Shown one piece after another: positions 52,236 to 64,000 of a stretch of DNA of 64,000 bases (position 1 is its first letter; each line of letters starts with the position of its first letter). Position numbers and translations under genes: made by a program. The notes beneath the pieces are model-generated. The model saw only the letters and a list, made by a program, of their open reading frames with translations, had not been told where the DNA came from and did no database searches. The DNA is taken from contig OX597834.1 of the NCBI GenBank assembly GCA_951406725.2, positions 26,412,001-26,476,000 of the forward strand. Direction: 5' to 3'. The DNA comes from Octopus vulgaris (lineage: Eukaryota).

Positions 52236-52354
52236 TGATAATGGTGAGTCTGTTAGAGTTACTCTTGGCAATGGAGCAAACAAAGAATTTGGAGTCAGTG
52301 TAAGGACTAAGAAATGGCACATCCATCCTGGCTTTTACATTAGTTCCAAGAAGT
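52236..52354 (+). CDS. S1 protease-homolog exon: DNGESVRVTLGNGANKEFGVSVRTKKWHIHPGFYISSKK
   Basis: tttttgttccAG acceptor, GTAAGT donor. Phase-2 start completes the Leu codon from the previous exon. V-x-V-x-LG...IHP-x-F/Y is the expected next trypsin segment. Confidence 0.72.
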
Positions 52355-54095
52355 GTAAGTATCAAAACTATTGAAACATTGTGGACATCTAATGTATAAA
52401 ATTTATATATATATAAATGGCGGTGCCCCAGCATGGCCACAGCTCGTGAGCTGAAACTACATAAAATAGAAAAAAAAAAAAATAATATATATATATATAT
52501 ATATATACTTCTAATATAAGGATAAAATTTTTTTCAAAAAAATGTATGTATGTGTATATGTATGCGTATGTGTGTATGTCAAATGTTTAGGTGCATAACT
52601 TTTAGCCCACTGTGTATATAAACATGTAAATACATACATGGACGCCCGCGCGCGCACACACACACATACATACACACATATGCAATACATAAATACATAT
52701 ATATCATCATCATCATCATCATCATCGTTTAACGTCCGTTTTCCGCGCTAGCACGGGTTGGACGGTTTCGACCGGGGTCTGGGGAGCTCGGGACTGCCCC
52801 AGGCTCCAGTCTAGTCTGGCAGTGTTTCTACAGCTGGATGCCCTTCCTAACGCCAACCACTCCGCGAGTGTAGTGGGTGCTTTTTACGTGCCACCTGCAC
52901 AGATGCCAGAGGGGTCTGGCATCGGCCACGTTCGGATGGTGCTTTTTATGGGGGGGGGTGCAGAAATATAGGGGAGCACCAGTGGGGAGGGGTGGTTCAG
53001 AGAAATGATGACAGGTTCTAGGCAAGTAGAACGTAGGATATCGAGAGAGGGGTAATGCATGGTGAAATAGCGTATTGAAGAGGGGGGTTCGAAGAGTAGA
53101 CACCTATAATGGTGGTGGGAGAAGCGACATCCGGTATAGATGGAGCAAAATATAGAGATATCCGGTATTGGTGGTGGGGTGGGAGGGTGGGCGCACCGCG
53201 CATTGGGAGATGAGGTTTTAGGCGGCAGAAAGAAGACAGGATTGAGATGAAATGCTTTGCGGTGGTGTGAATAAGTTTTTGTGAGTGAAAGTTTTCATGC
53301 TTCATATATATATATATATATTGTGAAGTATATTTGCCAGCTAAATGTAGCAGACCCATAGGGGATGATGCTACTGTTCTTTATAGCCCCAATAGCATTG
53401 TCCCCTATGGGTCCACCACATTTAGGTGGCAAATATACTTCATGATTCCATGCTGCTACTGTTTACATCTCGCTCAGAGATTTATTACTGCTTATATATA
53501 TATACTCTTTTTACTCTCTCTTTTACTCTTTTACCTGTTTCAGTCATTTGACTGCGGCCATGCTGGAGCACCGCCTTTTAATCGAGCAATTCGACCCCAG
53601 GACTTATTCTTTTGCAAGCCCAGTACTTATTCTATCGGTCTCTTTTGCCGAACCGCTAAGTAACGGGGACATAAACACACCAGCATTGGTTGTCAAGCAA
53701 TGCTAGGGGGACAAACACAGACACACAGACACATATATATATATATACATATATACGACAGGCTTCTTTCAGTTTCCGTCAACCAAATCCACTCACAAGG
53801 CATTGGTCGGCCCGGGGCAATAGAAGAAGACACTTGCCCAAGATGCCACGCAGTGGGACTGAACCCGGAACCATGTGGTTGGTTAGCAAGCTACTTACCA
53901 CACAGCCACTCCTGCGCCTATATATATACATTTTATGTACACTTTTTTATGTACATTCCTTTATGTACACTGATTTGTTCTGCTTTTTTATGTTTAACCC
54001 TACAGTCTCTTATGTGGTGGTTTAATAAAGTGTGTGATTGAGTATTATCTGGTAATTGATATTTGATTTAGATGTATTTCTCCACTTTCTTATCT

Positions 54096-54138
<43 letters not shown>

Positions 54139-54362
54139 AGGATCCAGTGTCACTTCTTTGTCACTCTCCAGCTGCTAGATTACTGCAGTAATCTAGGAGT
54201 TGACCTGTCGGTTACCTGCAGCCAATGAAATTATTTCTCATAAACTGTGATATTAAATATAAATATATAAGTGTGTGGGGGTTGGCATTTATCTACCTAC
54301 CAACAAACTAACTAACCTACATACCTACTTATGTACCTACCTAGATCTCTGTTTATGCAAGT

Positions 54363-54398
<36 letters not shown>

Positions 54399-54995
54399 AC
54401 ATGTAAGTGTGTGTGTGTAGAAAATGTATGTATATATATGTATATATATATATATATAATTTGCTGTTCCATTATAGGTAGGATCAAGGAAAGAAAAAGA
54501 ATGACTGCATCTGGTGAGAGACAAATGTATGTTAATATACGCAGAATATAAAAAGAGCTTCTAATACCTGCGTGCCATAGAGACACAATAATTTGGTTAA
54601 TTTATATGACATGCCATGTGTCTCCAAGCAATCTTTCAGGCTCAATGCATATCATTAGACCTGTTTTTAAAACCAGGAAGCTCTTCTATAGGAAGACATG
54701 AGAAAAATGAGAAGAAAATGGGGGTGTGTGTCTGTCTGCATGTCTCTCTCTCTCTCTCTCTCTTTGTATATATATATATATATATATATACTCTTTACTC
54801 TCTCTTTACTCTTTTACTTGTTTCAGTCATTTGACTGCAGCCATGCTGGAGCACCGCCTTTAGTCGATCAAATTGACCCTGGGACTTATTCTTTGTAAGC
54901 CCAGTACTTATTCTATCGGTCTCTTTTGTCAAACTGCTAAGTGACGGGGACGTAAACACACCAGCATCGGTTGTCAAGCAATGCTAGGGGGACAA

Positions 54996-55042
<47 letters not shown>

Positions 55043-56887
55043 TACGACAGGCTTCTTTCAGTTTCCGTCTGCCAAATCCACTCACAAGGCATTGGTCGGC
55101 CCGAGGCTATAGCAGAAGACACTTGCCCAAGATGCCACGCAGTGGGACTGAACCCGCAACCATGTGGTTGGTTAGCAAGCTACTTACCACACAGCCACTC
55201 CTGCGCCTATATGTATATATATAATCTTTTATTCTTTTACTTGTTTCAGTCATTTGACTGTGGCCATGCTGGAGTACCACCTTTAGTTGAACAAATTGAC
55301 CCCAGGACTTATTCATTATAAGCCTAGTACTTATTCTATCGGTCTCTTTTATCGAACTGCTAGATTACGGGGACATAAACACACCAACATCGGTTGTCAA
55401 GCGATGGTGGGGGGACAAATACATACACACAAATACATACATACATACATATATATATATACGACAGGCTTCTTTCAGTTTTTGTCTACCAAATTCACTC
55501 ACAAGACTTTGGTCGGCCCAAGGCTATAGTAGAAGGCACTTGCCCAAAGTGCCATGCAGTGGAACTGAACCCGGAACCATGTGGTTGGGAAGTAAGCTTC
55601 TTACCATACAGCCACTATAGTGAAAGACACTTGCATGAGGTGCCATACGGCGGGAATGAACCCACAACCATGTGGTTGGTAAGCAAGCTACTTAGCACAC
55701 AGCCATGCCTAAGCACCCATACACGTCTGCTTACACACACACACACACAATTCATTCATTGTCTGTGTGTGGCTACATACCGGAAGTTATGAGTGTGTAA
55801 ATACAAACGTGTAGGTGTCTGTGTTTATAACTTATAGGACAATGAAGAGTATAATTAAGAGACCTAACTCTGTGAAAGAACAAACTATGTCAACAATGAA
55901 GGATGGGTTGTATTTGACTTCTTAAGATTAGGGCTTATTGTTACGTGGTTTTGATATTATAGATGATATGTCTATGAGCTGTGACATGATGATGTATAGA
56001 TATTTGTACACACCTACATGTATGGACGTATGTAGGTGTATCTATGTCATTCTGTTTCTTTATCTGCCTAGCTATCTGTCTATGTATGTTTCTATCAATT
56101 TATATCTATATCTGCTCCTCCGTGTGTTTGTGTGAGTCTGTGTGTTGTTAGATTCAAGAATTCTCCATATTAGTTAATTCCAGATCTGAACATTTTAACA
56201 AATGCAAGCACATTGATGAGTTTCTTTTATCAGACTGGAGGACATCATACTCTCTGGCTTGTGTAGCTATGTCACAGACATTGACCTCCTTTCCATTATA
56301 TTATCCTATACTTGATAGATTAATTATAATTTCTATAGACAAAGGGGACAAGATCTTGGTCTTCTCACTTTTCTTTTCTTCTCTTTTCCCTTTTTGCATC
56401 AACCTTCTTTGCATTTTTCTTTCCCTTTTTTTTCTCATGTTTTCTCATGGAACACCTTTCTTGTTTTCAAATACTCTTTACTTGTTTCAGTCATTTGGCT
56501 GCGGCCATGCTGGAGCACTGCCTTTAGTCGAGCAAATCAACCCCAGGACTTATTCTTTGTAAGCCAAGTACTTATTCTATCGGACTCTTTGACTGAACTG
56601 CTAAGTGACGGGTATATAAACACACAAGCATCGGTTGTCACGTGATATTGGGGGGACAAACACAGACACACAAACACACACACACATATATATATACATA
56701 TACATATATACGATGGGCTTCTTTCAGTTTCCGTCTACCAAATCCACTCACAAGGCTTTGTTCAGCCCGATGCTATAGAAAACACTTGCCCAAGGTGCCA
56801 TGCAGTGGGACTAAACCTGGAACCATGGGGTTGGTAAGTAAGCTACTTACCAAACAGCCACCCCTGTGTTTTTTTTCTCTCTGTGTA

Positions 56888-56925
56888 TCTTTCTGTTGAA
56901 GAGCGTAGGCTCGAAACGTTAAAGA
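56888..56925 (+). ncRNA. Minimal hammerhead-ribozyme-like motif (Penelope/retrozyme type), variant core
   Basis: tcttt-CTGTTGA-A-GAGC(gtag)GCTC-GAAAC-GTT-aaaga: stem I tcttt/aaaga, stem II GAGC/GCTC, palindromic AACGTT as stem III. Core deviates from CUGANGA at A6. Confidence 0.5.
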
Positions 56926-57022
56926 CTTGTTTTATTTATATTTCCTGAGCGCCATACTAATACAATTGTTTGTTTGTTTTCCACCTGCCTTCGTCTTTTG
57001 TCTATTTTCATAAAGCTTCCCG

Positions 57023-57067
<45 letters not shown>

Positions 57068-57262
57068 AGTATGTTTAATGCTATGCACTAGGCCTGAAAG
57101 ATTGCTTGGAGAAGCATGTCATGTTACATAAATCTGCAAGATTGTTGTATCTCTACAGCATGAAACTATCAGTAGCTCTTTTTAAAATGTTGTATATTAA
57201 ATGATATATATATGTATATACATATATATATATATAACTACGTATATGTGTGTGTATATGTG

Positions 57263-57323
<61 letters not shown>

Positions 57324-58059
57324 GTGTGTGTGTGTATAATGCATATCAAAAGAGATTGATAGAATAAGTACCACGCTTAAAAAACTAGAAAAAGCACAGG
57401 GTCGATTCATTCCGCTAAAAATTCTTCAAGGAGGTGCTCCAGCATGGCCGCAGTCTAACGACTGAAGCAAGCAAAAGATAAAAGGTGCGTTCACATGTAA
57501 TTAAACTGCGTATGTCAAGTCAGTCACGACCGAAGAAGTAGAAGTTCTCTATTTTGTTTGTGATCTAATTACTGACCTAAGGTTACTGGCAATGACTTGT
57601 CTTAGTGCAGTAAATGCTACTAGGGTTACTAAGATGACCTAGAACCGATGTATCTGATTCACAATTAAAAAAACACTTAACATTGATTTCAGAAATCTGT
57701 TGACAACACAACACACCTTGTCTGTCATGATACTGAGTTTGATAAGTAACATGATAACTAAAGTATCTTGCGTCATATAGTAAATATAGTAGCAAGGTGT
57801 TACATGAGGTACACAGAAGGACGTGGAGTCACTTGACATGACTATTGTCATATCATTTATCTGTTTAGTAGACAGCTTAATGTTATATATATATATAGAA
57901 CAGGAGTGGCTGTGTGGTAAGTAGCTTGTTTACCGACCACATGGTTCCGGGTTCAGTCCCACTGCGTGGACACCTTGGGCAAGTGTCTTCTACTATAGCC
58001 TCGGGCCGACCAAAGCCTTGTGAGTGGATTTAGTAGACGGAAACTGAAAGAAGCCTGTC

Positions 58060-58105
<46 letters not shown>

Positions 58106-59203
58106 GTATGTGTTTGTGTGTCTGTGTTTGTCCCCCTAGCATTGCTTGACAACCGATGCTGGTGTGTTTATGTCCCCATTACTTAGCAGTTCGGCAAAGG
58201 AGACTGATGGAATAAGTCCCGGGGTCGAGTTGCTCGATTAAAGGTGGTGCTCCAGCATGGCCGCAGTCAAATGACTGAAACAAGTAAAAGAGTAAAAGAG
58301 TATATATGTGAAGGGAGGGCAGCGAGCTGGCAGAAACGTTAGTACGCCGTGCGAAATGCATAGCCGTATTTCGTCTGCCAGTACTTTCTGAGTTCAAATT
58401 CCGCCGAGGTCGACTTTGCTTTTCATCTTTTCAGGGTCGATAAATTAAGTACCAGTTATGCACTGGGGTCGATGTAATCGACTTAATCCGTTTGTCTGTC
58501 CGACAAAGAGCTCCACTCGAAACGTTAAACCCTCCTTCTTTCCTTCTTTCCTGAGCGTCCAATAATACTATATTTCTTCCACGTCCTCGCGTTGTTGTGT
58601 TTTTTTGTGCTTTCTTGTTTGGATTAATATATATATATGTATGTATATATGTATGGGTGCTTGTATGTATAGAAAGTACACTACCGTTTTGGTGCCAATA
58701 TTTTCAGCATGAAGAGTATTCCTTGCCAAAGTAAACTGTCTCCAACCTACATAATCTTTGTTCTTTTCTTCTGCTTCTCCTTGGCTCATTCTATGCTTTC
58801 CTTGCCCTGCCACAGCTTAATTGAAAAATTCCATTCCACAATGGTAATACTTCATATTAGGATAACAATTATATCATCAGCAACTCAATTACTACTACCA
58901 AATTTTACCAATTCCATTTTGGCGGCATTCCCAGACCAAAGTAAGGAAATTTTTTTGTCTTATTTTTAATAAGACTATAAGAAGAACATTGAGAATGGAA
59001 ACGTAAGGACATAAGAAGATGATTCTTTTTACTCTTTGATTTGTTTCAATCAATGGAATATGGCCACGCTGGAGCAGTGCCTTGGAGGATTTTAGTCAAA
59101 CAAACTGATGCCGGTGCTTATTTCTTTATGCCTGGTACTTATTCTATTGGACTCTTTTGCTTAACTGCGAAGTTATGAGGAAGTAAACAAACCAACGTTG
59201 GTT

Positions 59204-59263
<60 letters not shown>

Positions 59264-59510
59264 GATCCTTTCGGTCAGTTCAAAATGTAACCACATGTGA
59301 ATCATTGGCTATTTTCTTCCCCTGTCTTCCTTTCTATTGGACTTTCCTCTGTTTCTGAAGAAGAGCGTTACTTGCAATGTTAAGTCATCTTTCTTTCCTT
59401 CCCTGAGCATCTGCTAATACTTTACATGTACCACGTCCTCGTGTTGTTGTCTTTTGTGTTTGTTCTTCTTTTGGGGATTTACTACACACACACACACACA
59501 TACACACACC

Positions 59511-59550
<40 letters not shown>

Positions 59551-59664
59551 CTCACACACACACACACACATATACATACACACACATACATACATATATA
59601 AATACTCATATATATATATAAATATGTTTGTGTGTGTATATATGTGTGTGTGTATATATATATA

Positions 59665-59718
<54 letters not shown>

Positions 59719-60114
59719 GAGACAGACAGAAATGGAGAGATAGAGCATCAGTCTCGACCAGACCAGATCAGAATGTGCTTCACGTTGTTTTAGCTTTTGA
59801 ATGATGCCACCTGACTGGCAAGCCAGACTGACCAACACTCCTGCAGAACAGAATGCCGGTCTGTCGCAGGGTTACCCATTTACAGCTAAGTGGACTGGAG
59901 CAATGTAGAATGAAGTGCTTTGCTCAGAAACAGTGCATGACTGGTCTGGCAAAATTGCAATTTTGCAGTTATGTGTGCAACACTGTAACCATTAGGCCAA
60001 GAATCTCCAATTTCTTCACATCCTTCAGGAGCCCATAAATTGAATGGAATTATAATAAATTATAATAAATTATAATAAATTGAATGGAATTATAATAATA
60101 GAAAACTAACTGGG

Positions 60115-60632
60115 ATTAGAAGGAGGTGGGACTGGTGGGAAAGGCTGAAGTGAAGGACTGGAATGTGGTGTTTGAACTGGGAGCTGGAGAGTGGGACTGA
60201 AGCAAGGAACTGAAGTGAGAGACTGGAGTGAAGAGAGAGGCTGAAGGGAGGGTGTTGAGAATGGGGCTGTAGTGTGGAGTTGGAGTAGGGGGCGGCATAA
60301 GTGGAGCTGGAGTGAGGGTCTGGAGTATGGTGTTGGAGTGGGGCTGGAGTGAGAGGCTGGTGAGAGGGACTGGTGTGTAGGGCTGGAGAGAGAGGCTGAA
60401 AGGAGGGCGTTGAGAATGGGGCTGTAGTGTGGAGTTGGAGGGGGGGCTTAAGTGGAGCTGGAGTAGAGTTGGAGTGAGGGTCTGGAGTATGGTGTTGGAG
60501 TGGGGCTGGAGTGAGAGGCTGGGGAGAGGGACTGGAGTGTAGGGCTGGAGCTTGGAGTTGGAGTGAGGGTTTGGAGTGAAGGGTTTGACTGAAGGGCTGC
60601 TGAGCAGGGCTGGAGTAGTGGGGTAGGGGGCA
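60115..60632. repeat. G-rich degenerate (GGAGTG/GGCTGG) repeat with an internal duplication of about 150 bp
   Basis: tgagaatggggctgtagtgtggagttggag occurs at about 60256 and 60411. Confidence 0.7.
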
Positions 60633-61289
60633 TGAAATATAAAATTAATTATGTTTTCTTTGATAACATCATTTTCTTCAGCTGAGAAAACAATGTTACA
60701 CTAACCCAGCTATGGGGGGGTTGGGGGTGGGGGTGGGGGTGAATATTGTGTGGTTGTGGTCGCTCAGCCAACTAGAAATAGCAGTCAAATCTCTTTCAAA
60801 GCACAGCCTGTTGTATTTAGAAGAAAAAAAAGGTAACTCTCTCTTTTACTCTTTTACTCTTTTACTCTTTTACTTGTTTCAGTCATTTGACTGCGGCCAT
60901 GCTGGAGCACCACCTTTAATCGAGCAACTCGACCCCGGGACTTATTCTTTTGTAAGCCCAGTACTTATTCTATTGGTCTCTTTTGCCGAACCGCTAAGTA
61001 ACGGGGACATAAACACACCAGCATCGGTTGTCAAGCAATGCTAGGGGGACAAACACAGACACACAAACACACACACGCATATATATATATACATACATAT
61101 ATACGACAGGCTTCTTTCAGTTTCAGGCCGACCAAATCCACTCACAAGGCTTTGGTTGGCTTGAGGCTATAGTAGAAGACACTTGCCCAAGGTGCCATGC
61201 AGTGGGACTGAACCCCGAACCATGTGGCTGGTACACAAGCTACTTACCACACAGCCCCTCCCAGGATAATATAGTTCTAGACATACTAT

Positions 61290-61745
61290 GTTTATGTTTA
61301 GTTCCAACGTAAAATCTGTGCTTTTGTATGGCTCTGAAACATAGAGAGCCACCTGCAGCAACTACAAGAAGCTCCAGACCTTCATCTACAAATGTCTCCG
61401 GCAGATCCTCCATCTGAAGTGGTTCGACAGAGTGCCAAACACCGACCTGTAGGAAAGGGCCAACCAGGAGCCCATACATGTTCAGATTAGACAAAGTAAA
61501 CGGAGATGGATTGGACACACACTGTGGAAAGAACCCTCAAATGTGACATAACAAGCACTTGACTGGAACCCGCAGGGGAAAAGGAAGCAAGGACACCTGA
61601 AGCAGACATAGAAGCGGAGCATTTTGGACGAGCCCAGGACCACCGGCCTGACATGGGAAGCAGCCAAGAAACACACCAATGACCGCAAAAAGTGGACAAC
61701 AACTGTTGAGGCCCTATGTTCCACAAGGGGAAAAATGGATTAAGA
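61290..61745 (+). mobile_element. RTE LINE 3' end (third RTE family), degenerate
   Basis: FSSNVKSVLLYGSET*..KKLQTFI.KCLRQIL..W.D.VPN.DL*ERANQEPI..QIR..RWIGHTL..QALDWNPQGKRK.G..TW..A...DR.KW...VEALCS. Confidence 0.8.
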
Positions 61746-62295
61746 AGATACTATGTTTGAAGGACACAGATGGAACAGTCATGGCTAGAATGCCTTTGTT
61801 TATTGAAAGTTTCGATCTGTGTGATAAGGGCAGACCAAGGGCCTAAGTAACAACAACAACAACAACAATGACAATAATAATCCCAACATGGCACCAACCA
61901 AGCTCAGTGGGAAGGTGGGCAGAACCTCAAAGTCAGTGCTTCGCAACCATTCTTTGCCTATGGATCCCTTTGATTTCTGTGTTACTTGGGGTGGGGGGAC
62001 CCCCAAAGCCATTCGATGGATATAAAAAAGACATCCTTCTGTATTTTTATAATTAAATATTATCAGGAATTGTTTAAAAAAATTTTTTATGTTTTGTGCA
62101 ATGTATTTTTTCTTTTTTTTCTTTTACTTGTTTCAGTCATTTGACTGTGGCCATGCTGGGGCACTTCCTTGAACAACTCAACCCTCAGGATTTATTCTTT
62201 AAGCCTAGTATTGGTCTCTTTTGCCAAACTGCTAAGTTATGGGGACATAAACACACCATTACCAGTTTTCAAGGGGGCTCAAACACAGACACAAA

Positions 62296-62332
<37 letters not shown>

Positions 62333-62783
62333 GAAGGGCTTCTTTCAGTTTCTGTTTATCAAACCCACTCACAAGGATTTGGTCAGCTTGAGGCTATAGT
62401 AGAAGACATTTTCCAAAGGTGTCATGCAGTGGGACTGAACCTGGAACCGTATGGCTGGGAAGCAAGCTTCTTACCACACAGCCATGCCTGCACCTATTGT
62501 ACATCAATCTTAATAACAAAATCCTATCTGGACCCCCAAAGGGCCATGTAGATCCTGATTGAGGACCACTGCTCTAAGCATGGCCACTGAAGCAAATAAA
62601 AGATAGAAGTTAAAAAAAATATAATGTGGCTGAGATAAAAATGAAAGAAGAAAAAATTAAACAAGCGGGGGGGGGGGGATTAGTCATGGCCATGAGGTCT
62701 TTTATTAAGGGACTGTGTGATAAGGTAAGACCTGGGTGGGGTGGGGTGGGGGGGCTAACCAACAGCAACAGCAGCCATATCAT

Positions 62784-63670
62784 TCCACCACCACCACCAC
62801 CACCACCACCACCACCACCACCACAGCTGCCGCCGCCGCCGCCGCCACCACCACTACTACCACTGCTGCTGCCTCCCCCACCAAGATCACCACCACCACC
62901 ACCACCACTACCACCACTGCTGCTGCCTCCCCCACCAATATCACCACCACCACCACCACCACCACCACCACCACCACCACCCACCACTACGACCACTGCT
63001 GCTGCCTCCCCCACAAAGATCACCACCACCACCATCACCACCACCACCACAGCCCACTTTTCCCCACCAAGATCACCACCACCACCACCACCACTACCAC
63101 CACTGCTGCTGCCTCCCCCACAAAGATCACCACCAACCTATATCTGATGTCTAAAAATATAACATTAGTGTGGAGCTGTGTGACATGTATGGATGGCTCA
63201 AGGGAAACTAGGATGGTGGTGGTGATGGCGGTGGCGGCGGTGGTGATGGTGGTGGTGGTGGTGGTGGTGGTGGTGGTGGTGATGGTGGTGGTGGTGTGGT
63301 GATGGTGGTGGTGGTGATGGTGGTGGTGGTGGTGGTGGTGGTGGTGGTGGTGGTGGTGGTGGTGGTGGTGGTGATGGTGGTGGTGGTGATGGTGGTGGTG
63401 GTGATGGTGGTGGTGGTGGTGGTGGTGGTGGTGGTGGTGATGGTGGTGGTGGTGATGGTGGTGGCGGCGGTGGTGATGGTGGTGGTGATGGTGGTGGTGG
63501 TGGTGGTGGTGGTGGTGGTGGTGGTGGTGGTGGTGGTGGTGGTGATGGTGGTGGTGGTGATGGTGGTGGTGGTGGTGGTGGTGATGGTGGTGGTGGTGGT
63601 GGTGGTGGTGGTGGTGGTGGTGGTGGTGGTGGTGGTGGTGGTGGTGGTGGTGATGGTGGTGGTGGTGGTG
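62784..63670. repeat. (CCA)n tract 62784-63135 and (TGG)n tract 63212-63670
   Basis: Seen directly; source of the poly-P/T/H/V/G ORFs. Confidence 0.9.
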
Positions 63671-64000
63671 ATAAAGGTTGTAATAGTGGTGGAGGTGGAT
63701 GTAATTGTCATATTGTTGGAAGTGGTAGGGTGAGACCAATAGTGGTGACAATGGTGGTCACTGTTGTATTGTTGTTAGTGTGGTGGTTGTGGTGGTGGTG
63801 GTGATGGTTTTGGTGGTGGTGGTGAAAACAATGCTGACGTCACATCCCATGTCACCAACAAGATAAAGAGTAATGGGTGAGGGAAGGTTTAAAAATAGAT
63901 GGGACAAACTGATGATTAAATATAAACCACCAACGCAGCAGGCTGAAGACTCTGCTAGAAATAGCAGCTAAATTTACCTCAGATTATCATTCTAGTGTCT

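Noticed and set aside
52585-52615. Lone Tc1-like terminus (rc CAGTGGGCTAAAAGTTATGCACC)
   Set aside because: No partner TIR or transposase sequence found nearby.
54478-54701. Possible small exons (from 54478 and from 54640) continuing the protease-like gene
   Set aside because: Phase-compatible, but they translate to CRIKERKRMTASGSMHIIRPVF..* with no trypsin Asp102-region similarity.
55838-55906. Possible post-GWG exon TMKSIIKRPNSVKEQTMSTMKD
   Set aside because: Weak donor, no connecting upstream exon found, and similarity too vague.

Overview
Eukaryotic, AT-rich, repeat-dominated genomic DNA. The SINE families and microsatellite load look like an octopus (coleoid cephalopod) genome; this is inferred from recognising the repeats, not from a search. 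Two spliced + strand genes can be rebuilt by hand. (1) The 3' five coding exons of PSMD5 (26S proteasome assembly chaperone S5b): 1-39, 5521-5779, 11138-11326, 12427-12536, 14999-15397. One of its 3' splice sites is triplicated as a 44-bp tandem repeat. (2) At least two, probably three, exons (46602-46727, 49511-49670, 52236-52354) of a trypsin-fold S1 protein in which the catalytic-His motif TAAHC reads TAANC, so probably a non-catalytic homolog; its remaining exons were not found. The rest is tRNA-derived SINEs, RTE and CR1 LINE remnants, mariner/Tc1 remnants, piggyBac-like and foldback MITEs, and microsatellites. Also present: a 3.7-kb 87-bp satellite and a 61-bp minisatellite, both apparently derived from an RTE LINE 3' UTR, and three short elements carrying minimal hammerhead-ribozyme-like motifs. 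Nearly all ORFs in the supplied track are repeat-translation artefacts.
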